63,288 nucleotides of DNA, filler included, from Dehalococcoidia bacterium (GCA_040882355.1; 5 parts of 5 records of this genome joined end to end with filler, not necessarily neighbours in it), one strand, 5' to 3'. Shown: positions 29,783 through 40,201, counted from the first letter of the whole stretch. Notes: generated by a model not told the origin, from the sequence alone. Numbers and translations: made by a program.

Positions 29783-31066
29783 TCAGTCGCCCTGCACTTT
29801 GATCTCGTCGCTGATGACGCCGTCACTCTCAAGGCGAGAGATCGCGCCGCCATCTAGGCCAAGGACTTCGCTCAGCACCTGGTGGTTGTGCTGACCGAAG
29901 CTCGGCGCGGGCATCCCGATGGGCTGCGGCAGGTGCCCCCGCCCCCACTGCGACGTGGCGCGCACCTCGATGCCGAAGGAGGGATGCGCCACTTCCTGAA
30001 ACGCGCCGCGGCCGTTGAGCTGCGCGTCGTGCCAGAGCTGGTGGAAGTCGAGCACGGCACCCGCAGGGACGCCCGCTCCCTGCAGGACCGTCTCCGCCTC
30101 ACGGGCGCTCCGCTGCGAGGTCCACGCCTCGATCTTCGCGTCGAGCTCGTCGTGGCGGCGACGACGCGCCCCCACGCTCGCGAGCTCCGGATCGGCGTGC
30201 CAGTCCGGCCCGCCCATGGCGACGCCGAGCGCCCGCCAGTCGCGGCCGTCGCGCACGCTGATAGCGACCCACTCGTCGCCGCCGTGGGCGCGGTAGACGC
30301 CTTGCGGTACGAAGACAGGATGGCGGTTGCCCGCGTGCGGACTTTCCACGTGGTTCATCGACCAATCGGCGAAGGCGGCCCCGATGCCAAACGACAGCGC
30401 GTCGCGCATCGAGACATCGATGTACTGACCCGCGCCCGTCCGGCGCTGTTCTCGCACGGCCAGTAGGAGCGCCGACACCGCGGCGAGCGCGCCGACGGGA
30501 TCGCCGTAGCTGAAGCCGGTCTTGGCCGGTGTCGGGTCGTCCAGGTAGCCGTTACATGAGAACAGTCCGCTCGCCAGCTCGACGGGCGCGCCCAGCGCCA
30601 TCGCGCCGCGCTCGGGTGGCGTCTGGCCGAAGCCGGAGATCGAGGCGTAGATCAGGCCCAGATTCACAGCAGCGAGCTCTTCGTACGCGATGCCCAGTTT
30701 TTCTTTCGCGCTTGGCCGGTGGTTCTCGATGAAGATCTGCGAGCGGGCGGCGAGTTGCAGGAGCAGCTCTCGCCCCTGCGGCGACGCGAGCTCGAGGCCG
30801 AGCGAGAGCTTGCCGCGGTTCCACTCGTTGAAGTGCTGGTTCGTGCTGGCGCGTTCCTGCGGCGTCATCGGTCGCGCGCCGTCCCCTGCGTAGCGATTGA
30901 CGTCGATCACGGTGCGCATCGGATCGAAGTTCGAAGGCGACTCGATCTTGATCACCTCGGCGCCCAGGTCGTGGAGCATCATGCCCAGGTACGGTCCGGC
31001 CCAGTAGACCGACCAGTCGATCACGCGCAGGCCGGCCAGCGGCAGCCGCCCAGTACGCCAGTCCAT
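29783..31066 (-). CDS. Family III CoA-transferase (catalytic-type subunit)
   Basis: LAGLRVID, GAEVIKIE, NRGK, Asp in YGDP. Confidence 0.88.
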   Translation of the reverse strand: MDWRTGRLPLAGLRVIDWSVYWAGPYLGMMLHDLGAEVIKIESPSNFDPMRTVIDVNRYAGDGARPMTPQERASTNQHFNEWNRGKLSLGLELASPQGRELLLQLAARSQIFIENHRPSAKEKLGIAYEELAAVNLGLIYASISGFGQTPPERGAMALGAPVELASGLFSCNGYLDDPTPAKTGFSYGDPVGALAAVSALLLAVREQRRTGAGQYIDVSMRDALSFGIGAAFADWSMNHVESPHAGNRHPVFVPQGVYRAHGGDEWVAISVRDGRDWRALGVAMGGPDWHADPELASVGARRRRHDELDAKIEAWTSQRSAREAETVLQGAGVPAGAVLDFHQLWHDAQLNGRGAFQEVAHPSFGIEVRATSQWGRGHLPQPIGMPAPSFGQHNHQVLSEVLGLDGGAISRLESDGVISDEIKVQGD

Positions 31067-32208
31067 CAGCGTGCCACCTGTTGCAGAGCGCCGAGCAGCT
31101 CGTCGTTCGCCTCGCCCAGCAGCGGCGCGGGCCGCGTCGCCGATGGCTGCTCCTCGAACCAGGGCGGGCCGAGCACGGACACCTCGCCGGCGACCGGGTG
31201 CTCGACCGCGCGGACGAACTGACGGCCGCGCCACTGTTCCGACGCGATCAGGCGATCGGGCGACTCCGCCACGGTGAGGGGGTGTCCCTGACGCGCGAGC
31301 GAGCGCAGCTCATCGCTCGCCTTCGTGATCACCCAGGCAGCGATGATCGCCTGTAGCTCGTCGTTATTGTCGAGGCGCGTCGCCTGACTGGAGAAGCGCT
31401 CCTCGTTCAGCTCCGGAAGCTGCGTCAGCGCCTTCAGCCGCTCCCAGAGCGCGGGCGCGAAGGCCGTGATGTAGACCCAGCCGTCGGCGCAAGCGTAAAC
31501 GCCATATGTGGCCGAGACGTTTAGCCCGACCCGGTTCGCGACGAGGCCCAGGTTGAGCGCCGGGCTGCGATGCTCCAGGTTCGTCGCGACGACGTCCTGC
31601 GTCGAAAGGTCGAGGTAATCGCCGACGCCGGTCGCGTCGCGCAGCAGCACGTTCGCTACCGTGCCCGCGAACGCCGAGAGGCCGGCCTGATACTCCGCCT
31701 GCGCGCCGAAGTTCGAGAGGGGCGGCCGGCCTGGGTCGCCGGTGATCTTGAGCTGGCCGCCCAGCGCAAGGCTCACCAGGTTGGTCGCAGCGTAGCGTCG
31801 ATAGGGGCCGGTGTCGCCAAACGGCGTCACTCGCGTCATCACCAGCGCCGGGTCTCGTTCGTGCAGCGCCGGCCAGCTCAGCCCGAGCGGGTCGAGGACA
31901 TGCGCAGCGAGATCGGTGATGAAGATGTCAGCGCCCGAGAGGAGCTGCGCGAGCACGGCCGCCTGAGTGGCGACTTCGAGCGTCACGGAGCGCTTGCCGG
32001 CGTTGACGTGCAGGTGCGGCGTCGAGGTCTCGATGTCCCGCGGCTCGCCGCGAAACGGGCCTTCGTGGCGCAGCGGATGGCCCTCGACCGCCTCAACGAG
32101 GACCACTTCTGCGCCCGCGTCGACGCAGAGCCGGCCCGCGAACGCGCCCGCCGCCGAGCGGCTCAGCTCGACCACACGCAGGTCCGCGAGGGCGCTGTTG
32201 GTGGGCAT
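31066..32208 (-). CDS. Family III CoA-transferase (divergent subunit)
   Basis: LADLRVVE, NAGKRSV, PFGDTGPY, APLLGE; the catalytic Asp position reads AEY. Confidence 0.82.
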   Translation of the reverse strand: MPTNSALADLRVVELSRSAAGAFAGRLCVDAGAEVVLVEAVEGHPLRHEGPFRGEPRDIETSTPHLHVNAGKRSVTLEVATQAAVLAQLLSGADIFITDLAAHVLDPLGLSWPALHERDPALVMTRVTPFGDTGPYRRYAATNLVSLALGGQLKITGDPGRPPLSNFGAQAEYQAGLSAFAGTVANVLLRDATGVGDYLDLSTQDVVATNLEHRSPALNLGLVANRVGLNVSATYGVYACADGWVYITAFAPALWERLKALTQLPELNEERFSSQATRLDNNDELQAIIAAWVITKASDELRSLARQGHPLTVAESPDRLIASEQWRGRQFVRAVEHPVAGEVSVLGPPWFEEQPSATRPAPLLGEANDELLGALQQVAR

Positions 32209-32328
32209 CGGTGGTTATGGTAGGTGTCGCCGCGAAGCGGTGTCAAACGGGGAGCCAGGTTGACTGCTCACGACGGGGGGTACTATAGTGGAGCGCCATC
32301 AGGCCACTGGGGAAGGAGTACAGACCAC

Positions 32329-33240
32329 ATGACCACAGAACAAGCGCCCGCGAAGCGCGCCTACACACTCGAGAAGCCACTCGACGAGACGGTGCTGTAC
32401 GAGAAGCTGACGAAAGACATCGTCGCGATCACGCTCAACCGGCCCGAGAAGCACAACGCGCTCTTCCCGCCCGACATGTTCAACGAGGTGTCTCGGAAGA
32501 TCGCGATGGCCGTCGACGACGACGACATCAAGGTGATCATCCTCAAGGGCAACGGCAAGTCGTTCTGCTCCGGCGATGACCTGAACCTGGCGCCCTACGA
32601 CACCTACGGCGGCGCTCCCGGCGTCAAGCCGTCGCAGCGCGTGCGAGTCAAGGCCGTGCTGACGTGGCTGAACGGCATGTACCGCTCGCTGCTCTACTGC
32701 CCGAAAACGATCATCTGCCAGGCGCACGGCTGGACAATCGGCGTCGGCCTGGCGATGCTCATGTGCTGCGACATCGCCATCGCCGGCGAGAGCGCGATCT
32801 TCAGTCAGCGCCAGCAGCGCACCGGCTTCGGCGGCATCTCCATGGGCTGGCAGTTCATCCAGATGTTCACCGTCGGCTACAAGCGCATGCGCGAATGGCA
32901 GCTCACCGGCCGCGCCCTCACCGCTCAGGAGGCAAAGGAGTGGTCGGTGATCAACTCCATCGTGCCTGACGACAAGCTCGACGAGGAGACGATGCGCTGG
33001 GCGAAAGCCGTCGCGCTCAACCCGGCGGACAGCCTGATGATCGGCAAGACGCACACGCACATCATGTTCGACCTGCTGGGCATGAACGGCCAGTTCGCCG
33101 CCGGCGCGCTCGCCTACCCGCTCTTCACGAACCTGAAGTGGGAGGACGAGGAGTTCAACTTCCTCAAGCGGCGCGGCGAAGTCGGCGTCACGGAGGCGTT
33201 CGCGGAGCGCGAGCGGCGCTGGGCCGAGCTCGGCTTCTAG
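32329..33240 (+). CDS. Enoyl-CoA hydratase/isomerase family protein
   Basis: AAGGAG RBS; ITLNRPEKHNAL, FCSGDDL, CDIAIA. Confidence 0.88.
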   Translation: MTTEQAPAKRAYTLEKPLDETVLYEKLTKDIVAITLNRPEKHNALFPPDMFNEVSRKIAMAVDDDDIKVIILKGNGKSFCSGDDLNLAPYDTYGGAPGVKPSQRVRVKAVLTWLNGMYRSLLYCPKTIICQAHGWTIGVGLAMLMCCDIAIAGESAIFSQRQQRTGFGGISMGWQFIQMFTVGYKRMREWQLTGRALTAQEAKEWSVINSIVPDDKLDEETMRWAKAVALNPADSLMIGKTHTHIMFDLLGMNGQFAAGALAYPLFTNLKWEDEEFNFLKRRGEVGVTEAFAERERRWAELGF

Positions 33241-33299
33241 CCAGCGTCCACGACAACGGCTTCCGCTCGGGCTGCGGGCCAGCCTGCTAGGATGGTCGC

Positions 33300-33605
33300 A
33301 TGAGCATCGACAGCAGCTTGCAGATTTCTCGCGAGCGGATTGCCGAGCTTTGCCGGACGCGCGGCATTCGGCGACTGGCCGTTTTCGGGTCGGCGCTGCG
33401 AGCCGACTTCCGCCCAGACAGCGACGTTGACGTGCTGGTGGAATTCGAGCCGGGCCGGACACCGGGATTTGCATTCTTCGACGTCCAGGACGAGCTTTCG
33501 GCCTTGTTCGGACGAAGGGTTGACCTTAACACTCCTGGCTTCTTGAGCGAGCGCATCCGCGACCGCGTTCGGGCGGAGGCGGAGGTTCTGTTTGCCGGCG
33601 ACTGA
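33300..33605 (+). CDS. Minimal nucleotidyltransferase (MntA-type antitoxin)
   Basis: FGSALRADFRPDSDVDVLVEF, GRRVDL. Confidence 0.9.
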   Translation: MSIDSSLQISRERIAELCRTRGIRRLAVFGSALRADFRPDSDVDVLVEFEPGRTPGFAFFDVQDELSALFGRRVDLNTPGFLSERIRDRVRAEAEVLFAGD

Positions 33606-33932
33606 CGAGGAGCGTCTTCGCCACATGCTCGAAGCGGCGCGCAAGGCCGTGCAGCTCGTCGCGGGCATGACGGACGAAGAACTTGAAGGCGATGAAGTAC
33701 GCTGCCTAGCGCTCCCCATCTCATCGAAATTCTGGGCGAGGCTGCATCAGGTGTTTCTCCCGAGACCAAGACTGCACATCCTGAGCTACCATGGGCGAAG
33801 ATGGCCGCGACGCGAAATCGACTGATACATGGGTACTTCAGCATCGACCTGCAGATTCTCTGGAAGATCGCCACTGAGGACCTCGAACCCGTGATAGCGA
33901 CGCTTCGTGGCGTCGTGGAGCAGCAGGACTAG
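33592..33932 (+). pseudogene. HEPN/DUF86 (HepT-type) toxin, frameshifted near 33715
   Basis: The N-terminal frame gives RLRHMLEAA; a shifted frame continues LIEILGEAA...PWAKMAATRNRLIHGYF...TAG at 33932. Confidence 0.8.
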
Positions 33933-33934
33933 TC

Positions 33935-35155
33935 ATGCCAGGCCCGCTTTCAGGGATCCGCGTCCTCAACTGGTCGCAGTTCACGCCGTCGAGCGCCGGG
34001 TACTTCCTCGGCGACCTGGGCGCCGACGTGATCAAGATCGAGCACCCGGTGCAGGGCGACGCCTACCGCGGCATGGGCCGCATGTACGGCGAGGCGATGT
34101 CGTTCGCAGGCGGCCGCCACGCCGGCTTCGAGGCGGCGAACCGCAACCAGCGCAGCATCACGCTCGACCTGAGGGCGGAGACAGGCCGCGAGATCCTCTA
34201 CAAGCTGGTCGAGCAGTCGGACGTCTTTTTCACGAACTACACGGACGGCGTCGCGCTGAAGCTCCGCGCCGATTACGATACGCTTTCGCAGAGGAACGCC
34301 CGCCTGATCTACGCCGTCTCCAGCACCTATGGCCCCGGAGGCCCCTGGGCGGGCCGCCGCGGCTTCGACCAGACGGCGCAGGCGCGCTCCGGCCTCATGT
34401 TCGCGATGGGCGAGCGGGACTTCCCGGAGCCGGTGCAGACCGTCTCCGGCGTCTGCGACCAGATGGGCGCGACGATGCTCGTCCAGGGCATCCTGGCCGC
34501 GCTCGTCGCCCGCGAGCGCCAGGGCACCGGCCAGCGGATCGATGTCTCGCTGCTGGGCAGCATGATCCACCTCCAGGCGATCGGCGTCAGCGTGACGAGC
34601 TTCCGAGGCAAGGGCTGGGCGCGCCACTCCCGCACACGGACGAAGAACCCGCTCACCAATCACTACCGCTGCGCGGACGGCCAATGGCTGCTCTTCGCCG
34701 AGATCCAGGCCGACCGCTTCTGGCCGGAGTTCTGCCGCGCGCTCGGCATCGAGGAGCTGGAACACGACGAGCGGTTCGCGACTGCGATGGGCGGGCGTCG
34801 CGAGCACGCCGAGGAGCTGATAGAGATCCTCGACCGCGCGTTCGCGACGAAGCCGCGCGACGAGTGGCTGCGTCGCTTCGAGGAGCAGAAGGCGCCCTTC
34901 GCCTACTCACCGGTGCACGACTACGAGACGGTGCTCAACGACCCGCAGGTGCTCGAGAACGACTACGTGGTGGAGTTCGACCACCCGACGGCGGGCCGCA
35001 TCAAGGAGATGGGCTACCCCGTCCGCTTCAGCGAGACGCCGGCGCAGATCGTTCGCGAGGCGCCGGAGTTCGGCCAGCACACCGAAGAGGTGCTGCAGGA
35101 GCTGGGCTACTCGTGGGAGGAGATAGGGGCGTTCCGAGAGCAGGGCGTCGTCTAG
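33935..35155 (+). CDS. Family III CoA-transferase
   Basis: PLSGIRVL, GADVIKIE, Asp in VCDQ, APEFGQHT. Confidence 0.92.
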   Translation: MPGPLSGIRVLNWSQFTPSSAGYFLGDLGADVIKIEHPVQGDAYRGMGRMYGEAMSFAGGRHAGFEAANRNQRSITLDLRAETGREILYKLVEQSDVFFTNYTDGVALKLRADYDTLSQRNARLIYAVSSTYGPGGPWAGRRGFDQTAQARSGLMFAMGERDFPEPVQTVSGVCDQMGATMLVQGILAALVARERQGTGQRIDVSLLGSMIHLQAIGVSVTSFRGKGWARHSRTRTKNPLTNHYRCADGQWLLFAEIQADRFWPEFCRALGIEELEHDERFATAMGGRREHAEELIEILDRAFATKPRDEWLRRFEEQKAPFAYSPVHDYETVLNDPQVLENDYVVEFDHPTAGRIKEMGYPVRFSETPAQIVREAPEFGQHTEEVLQELGYSWEEIGAFREQGVV

Positions 35156-35700
35156 CTCCGGTCTTGCAGGCCCCGCCACTCGTCCTCCAGCAGTCCGAAG
35201 AGCAGCGTGTCCCACCAGCGCCCCTTGAAGTGCTCGTTCTCGCCCTGGCGTCCCTCCAGGCGCAGCCCGACCTTCTCAAGGACCCTCGCGGAGGCAACGT
35301 TGTCGGCGATGCACCACGACGAGACGCGGTGCAGCCCAAGCTCTCGGAAGCCGAAGTCGACCATCGCGCCGGCGGCTTCGGTGGCGTAGCCTCGACCCCA
35401 ATACTCGGGCGCCATCTCGTACCCGATGTCGGCCTCCCACTCGTTCTCGGGCTTGCGCCGGATCCCGCAGTTGCCGATCAGCCGCCCGCCGTCCAGCGTG
35501 ATTGCGAGCTGAAACTTGCGTCGAGGCTGTTCCTCCTGATGGTCCAGGAACATCTGGACGAAGTCGCGCACGTCACTCTCGGTGCGGTCGGTCCAGGCGT
35601 AGTAGCGCAGGTAGCGCGGATCGCGCTGATAGGCGAGCACGTCGGGCCAGTCGTCGGCGACGAAGTCTCGAAGTACGAGCCGCTCGGTGGTGATGCGCAT
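35152..35700 (-). CDS. GNAT acetyltransferase (RimJ/RimL-like)
   Basis: TERLVLR, YWGRGYATEA, NVASARVLEKVG. Confidence 0.9.
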   Translation of the reverse strand: MRITTERLVLRDFVADDWPDVLAYQRDPRYLRYYAWTDRTESDVRDFVQMFLDHQEEQPRRKFQLAITLDGGRLIGNCGIRRKPENEWEADIGYEMAPEYWGRGYATEAAGAMVDFGFRELGLHRVSSWCIADNVASARVLEKVGLRLEGRQGENEHFKGRWWDTLLFGLLEDEWRGLQDRS

Positions 35701-35714
35701 CGGTCCGACTGCCG

Positions 35715-36872
35715 TCAGTCTCGAGGCAGCCCCAGACCTCGTTGGGCGATGACGTTGCGCTGGATCTCGCTCGTGCCGGCCGAGATCGTCCAGTGCAGCG
35801 TGAGCAGGTAGGTGAAGCTCGGCAGGCCGTCGAGCGGCGCGCGCTGCGAACCCAGGTCGAGCAGCCCGCGCAGGCCGAGCGCGTTCACCGCCGTGTTAGC
35901 CAGCCGCTGGGCGACCTCCGTCGCGAACGTCTTGGACACCGACGCCTCGTACGTCGGCACGACACCTTGGTCCTGCATCCAGGCGACTCGATACGCCAGC
36001 CAGCGCGAGACCTCGATCTCGATCGCGTGCTCGGCGAGCCTGCCGGCCACCATCGGATCGCGTCGCGGGCCGAGTAGGCCCACCAGGTCGTCGAACGAGC
36101 GCTTCACCGCGCCGACGCGCAGGATGCCGGAGCGCTCCAGCCCCAGCGTCGTCGTCGCGACGTACCAGCCACGGTTCTCCTCACCCAGCAGGTTCTCCTT
36201 CGGCACGACCACGTTCTCGAAGAACGTCTCGTAGAAGCCGGCGCGCCCCGTCATCTCCGGGATCGGGCGGTAGCTGATCCCCGGCGAGCGCATGTCGACC
36301 AACAGGTACGAGATGCCCTTGTGCTTGGGCGCCGCTGGGTCGGTGCGGGCGAGGACGTGGACCCAGTCGGCGTAAGCGGCGCCGGACGTCCAGACCTTGT
36401 GGCCGTTCAGCAGGTAGCCGTCACCGGCGCGCTCGGCCCGCGCCTGCACCGCCGCGAGGTCCGATCCGGCATCGGGCTCCGAGAAGCCCTGGCACCAGAC
36501 GGCCTCGCCGGCGGCGATCGGCGGCAGGAAACGCCGCTTCTGCTCGTCCGTGCCGTGCGCCATCACGGCCGGCCCGACGAGGCCGGTCGCCTGACCGCCC
36601 GGCCCGCCGCCGACGGGCGCCCGGAAGTAGGAGCACTCCTCTTTCATGATCGCCTGGCGGACGTTGCTCGCGCCCTGGCCGCCGTAGGCCTCGGGCCAGG
36701 CCATCGTCAGCCAGCCGCGCGCGGCGAGCTTCTTCTCGAACGCGCGCTCGATGCGATACTCCTCATCGCTGTCCACCGAGGCGTCGCCGGTGCCCCCGGG
36801 CCACTCGGCCTTGAGGAACGCGCGCAGCTCCGCGCGAAACGCCCGGTCCTCCTCGCTGAATCCGAAGTCCAT
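35715..36872 (-). CDS. Acyl-CoA dehydrogenase
   Basis: WCQGFSEPDAGSDL, NGHKVWTS, ISAGTSEIQRN. Confidence 0.92.
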   Translation of the reverse strand: MDFGFSEEDRAFRAELRAFLKAEWPGGTGDASVDSDEEYRIERAFEKKLAARGWLTMAWPEAYGGQGASNVRQAIMKEECSYFRAPVGGGPGGQATGLVGPAVMAHGTDEQKRRFLPPIAAGEAVWCQGFSEPDAGSDLAAVQARAERAGDGYLLNGHKVWTSGAAYADWVHVLARTDPAAPKHKGISYLLVDMRSPGISYRPIPEMTGRAGFYETFFENVVVPKENLLGEENRGWYVATTTLGLERSGILRVGAVKRSFDDLVGLLGPRRDPMVAGRLAEHAIEIEVSRWLAYRVAWMQDQGVVPTYEASVSKTFATEVAQRLANTAVNALGLRGLLDLGSQRAPLDGLPSFTYLLTLHWTISAGTSEIQRNVIAQRGLGLPRD

Positions 36873-36990
36873 CGCGCGTAACGATAACGGAGCCCCTGGG
36901 CGCTGGCAACGTGCGCCGGTTGACCGCTGGATCGCGACCGCAGTACGCTTGTCGAGCTTAGAGACCTGGCTCATCACTGGAGGACCGCGC

Positions 36991-37872
36991 ATGACCTGGA
37001 CCGCCTGGGAACGCGTAACGGGCGACGAGTTCGCCTTCGAGGAGATCATCTACGAGAAGCACCGCCACGCTGAGCTCGAGGGCGCCGTCGCGCGGGTGAC
37101 GATCAACCGTCCACAGAAGTACAACGCGATGACGATGCGCACCGTCGACGAGATGTTCCGCGCCTTCTACGACGCGAACCACGACCCCAGCGTCGGCGTG
37201 ATCGTGCTCACGGGCGCCGGCGATCACTTCGGCACCGGAGGGGACGTGGAGTGGGAGCGCTGGGGCCTGCGCGAGGCGTTCTACTTCCGCTACCCGGCGA
37301 ACCGCCTCGTCCGCGTCTCCCGCAAGCCCGTGCTCGCGATGGTGCGCGGCTACTGCATCGGCGGGTCGAACCACCTCGCCTACTGCTGCGACTTCACAAT
37401 CGCGGCCGATAGCGCAATCTTCGGGCAGGCCGGGCCGCGCGTCTCCAGCCCTGCCGACGGCTACTTCGTGCCGTATCTCGCCCACGTCGTCGGGGCGAAG
37501 AAAGCGCGCGAGATGTGGATGCTCTGCCGCCGCTACAAGGCCGACGAGGCGGAGCGCATGGGCCTCGTCAACAAGGTCGTGCCCTCCGATCAGCTCGAGG
37601 CGGAGGTCGACCAGTGGTGCGAGGAGATGCTCCGCCTCAGCCCCGGATGCCTCGAAGTGCTCAAGGCGACCTTCGACCAGGAGCTGGACCGCTACGCCGA
37701 CATGGGCGTCATCTCAAGCATGCTCTACCCCGACTGGTTCGACTCGCCCGAGGGCAAGGAGGGCGGCGCCGCCTTCATCGAGAAGCGCCCGCCGCGCTTC
37801 TGGGGGCTGCGTGACCGCGAGGCGCACATGCGCGAGGAGCTGCTGGCGGAGTACGAGCAGCCGGAGTCCTAG
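36991..37872 (+). CDS. Crotonase family protein, MenB/BadI-like
   Basis: INRPQKYNA, GYCIGG, FGQAGPRV, KKAREMWMLCRRY, EGKEG..AFIEKR. Confidence 0.8.
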   Translation: MTWTAWERVTGDEFAFEEIIYEKHRHAELEGAVARVTINRPQKYNAMTMRTVDEMFRAFYDANHDPSVGVIVLTGAGDHFGTGGDVEWERWGLREAFYFRYPANRLVRVSRKPVLAMVRGYCIGGSNHLAYCCDFTIAADSAIFGQAGPRVSSPADGYFVPYLAHVVGAKKAREMWMLCRRYKADEAERMGLVNKVVPSDQLEAEVDQWCEEMLRLSPGCLEVLKATFDQELDRYADMGVISSMLYPDWFDSPEGKEGGAAFIEKRPPRFWGLRDREAHMREELLAEYEQPES

Positions 37873-37883
37873 ACGCGAAGCGC

Positions 37884-39278
37884 GTGACCAACCTCGAGAT
37901 CGAAACGGACGTGGCAGTCGTCGGGTCGGGCGCAGCGGGGCTGACCGCGGCTCTGCTCGCGCACGACCACGGCGCGCGCGTCGTCGTGCTCGAGCGCTCC
38001 GATGCCGCCGGCGGCGCGACGGCGGTCTCGGGCGGCGCGCTCTGGGTGCCGCTCAACCACCATATGTCGGACATCGGCGCGACCGATTCGCGCGACGAAG
38101 CGCTCGCCTACTGCAAGCGGCTGACCGCGGGCCTCGCGCCGGACGAGCTGGTCGAGGCGTTCGTCGATACCGGGCACGAGATGGTGCGCTACCTGGAGGA
38201 GCGCACGCCGCTCAAGCTGCGCGTCTGGACGATGCCCGACTACCACCCGGCCATCGAAGGCGCAAAGCGCGGCGGGCGCAGCCTCGAGCCGGAGCTGTTC
38301 CGCACGAGCGATCTCGGGGCCTGGGAGGAGCTGCTACGTCAGCCCTCGGTCTTCCCGCTGCCGCTCTCGCTGCAGGAGCGGACGTTCCAGTACCAGGCGA
38401 TGCTCCGGCCTCAAGATGTGCCCGTCGAACTGATCGCGGAGCGGCAAGCGCAGGGGCTGGTGGCGGGCGGAAACGCGCTCGCCGGCGCGCTGCTCAAGGG
38501 CTGCCTCAACCGCGGGATCGAGATCCTCCTGGGGACACGGGCGCGCGCGCTGCCGATGGAGGGCGGTCGAGTCACCGGCCTGCGAGCCGAACGCGCGGGC
38601 GCGGATGTTGTCGTGCGGGCGCGCGCGGTCGTGCTCGCCTCCGGCGGCTTCGAGTGGAACGAGCGTCTGAAAGGGGAGTTCCTGCCGGGGCCGGTCTCCC
38701 ACCCGAACAGCCCGCCCGGCAACGAGGGCGATGGCCTGATCATGGCGCAGGAGGCCAGCGCCGCCCTCGCGAACATGAGCGAGGTCTGGGGCTCACCGGC
38801 GGCCGCCGTGCCGGGTGAGACGTACGAAGGCAGGCCGCTCAGCCGCCTCGTCGTGCCGGAACGCGCCTGTCCGCACAGCATCTTGGTCAATCGACGCGGC
38901 GAGCGCTTCGTCAACGAGGGCATGAGGTACAACGAGCTGGGCAAGGTCTTCAACGACGTCGACCCGACGACGCACGAGTACGCGAACCAGCCATGCTGGG
39001 CCGTCTTCGACCGGCAGTACCGCGAACGCTACCCTGTCCTGACCGTGCTGGCCGCAGATCCCGATCCATCCTGGCTCATCCGAGACGAAACGCTAGAGGG
39101 CGTGGCTCGACAGGCCGGCATCGATGCGGCCGGGCTGCGGGCCACCGTCGTGCGCTGGAACGAGTTCGTCCATGTGGGGAACGACCGAGATTTCGGCCGG
39201 CACCGCAGCCCGATGGACCCGAGCGCCGCCCACCCGAGCATGGGCAGCATCGAACAGCCGCAGTTCTACGCGCTCGCC
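37884..39278 (+). CDS. FAD-dependent oxidoreductase, 3-ketosteroid dehydrogenase-like, 3' truncated
   Basis: VVGSGAAG, GGATAVSGGALW, PDYHP, ASGGFE, GERFVNE. Confidence 0.82.
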
Positions 39279-39432
39279 NNNNNNNNNNNNNNNNNNNNNN
39301 NNNNNNNNNNNNNNNNNNNNNNTTAATTAATTAANNNNNNNNNNNNNNNNNNNNNNNNNNNNNNNNNNNNNNNNNNNNCCGCTTCTGCTACCGCAGGGGA
39401 CGGGCGAGGCCCGCCGCCATCATCCCGTTAGG

Positions 39433-40026
39433 TTAGTCGCGCGCGCGCCAGGTGCGCGTAGCGACAGCGCCCGTGCCAAGCAGGGTCACACCAAGAGCGG
39501 CGAGCAGCACCACGAGCAGCGCGCTCACAGCCGACGAGCCCGTCTCGGGGTAGCCGATGCCCGCCTGTGGGAGCGAACCCGGCGGTAACGCAGCGCCGCC
39601 CACAGCAACGTCGAGCACGGTGGAGAGCGAGCCGCAGTTCACTTCGACCGTCACGGTACCTTCCGTCTCACCCGCGTCCAGCGTCGCCGCGATCTGGCCG
39701 TTCGCGTCGGTCACGGCTTCGTCCGGGCTCACGTCCGCCGTGATACCCGGCTGCGACGTGACACCCAGGACACAGTCCGCGCCCTCAACCGGGTCGCCGT
39801 TCGCATCGTTCACCGTGATCGTGAGCACAACCGATTCGCCGGCCGCGGCCGTGGTCGTGCTCGGGTCGACGGTCAGTGTTCCGCCTTCTGTTGCGTCTAC
39901 GTCTGTGGGCAGGCCGGTGTCGCCACCGAGCGCTACCTGCGACGAGCTGAGGCTAAACGCGACCAGACCAGCTACCGCTAGCAGCGCGCCCATGGCCCCA
40001 ACCAGCCTTCCGTTCCAGAGCTTCAT
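39433..40026 (-). CDS. Secreted Ig-like (Big_1) protein with an LPxTG-like anchor (LPQAG, TM, basic tail)
   Basis: AAGGAGG RBS; signal peptide; VNDANGDPVEG, TDANG; LPQAG...TM...RTWRARD. Confidence 0.75.
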   Translation of the reverse strand: MKLWNGRLVGAMGALLAVAGLVAFSLSSSQVALGGDTGLPTDVDATEGGTLTVDPSTTTAAAGESVVLTITVNDANGDPVEGADCVLGVTSQPGITADVSPDEAVTDANGQIAATLDAGETEGTVTVEVNCGSLSTVLDVAVGGAALPPGSLPQAGIGYPETGSSAVSALLVVLLAALGVTLLGTGAVATRTWRARD

Positions 40027-40201
40027 CCGATTCCTCCTTATGCGCGCAGATTCGTCGGTGCTTGTAACGACAGCCGGTCGCTGGCACCTACGTGATTCTC
40101 GGCCTGGAGGCAGTGCGACTTTACCCCTGGCGGCTGATTCTTCTCCCGACAGGAGGAGCGGGCTATGAGTCGGGGGATATACGCCAGATAGGCGGATCGG
40201 G

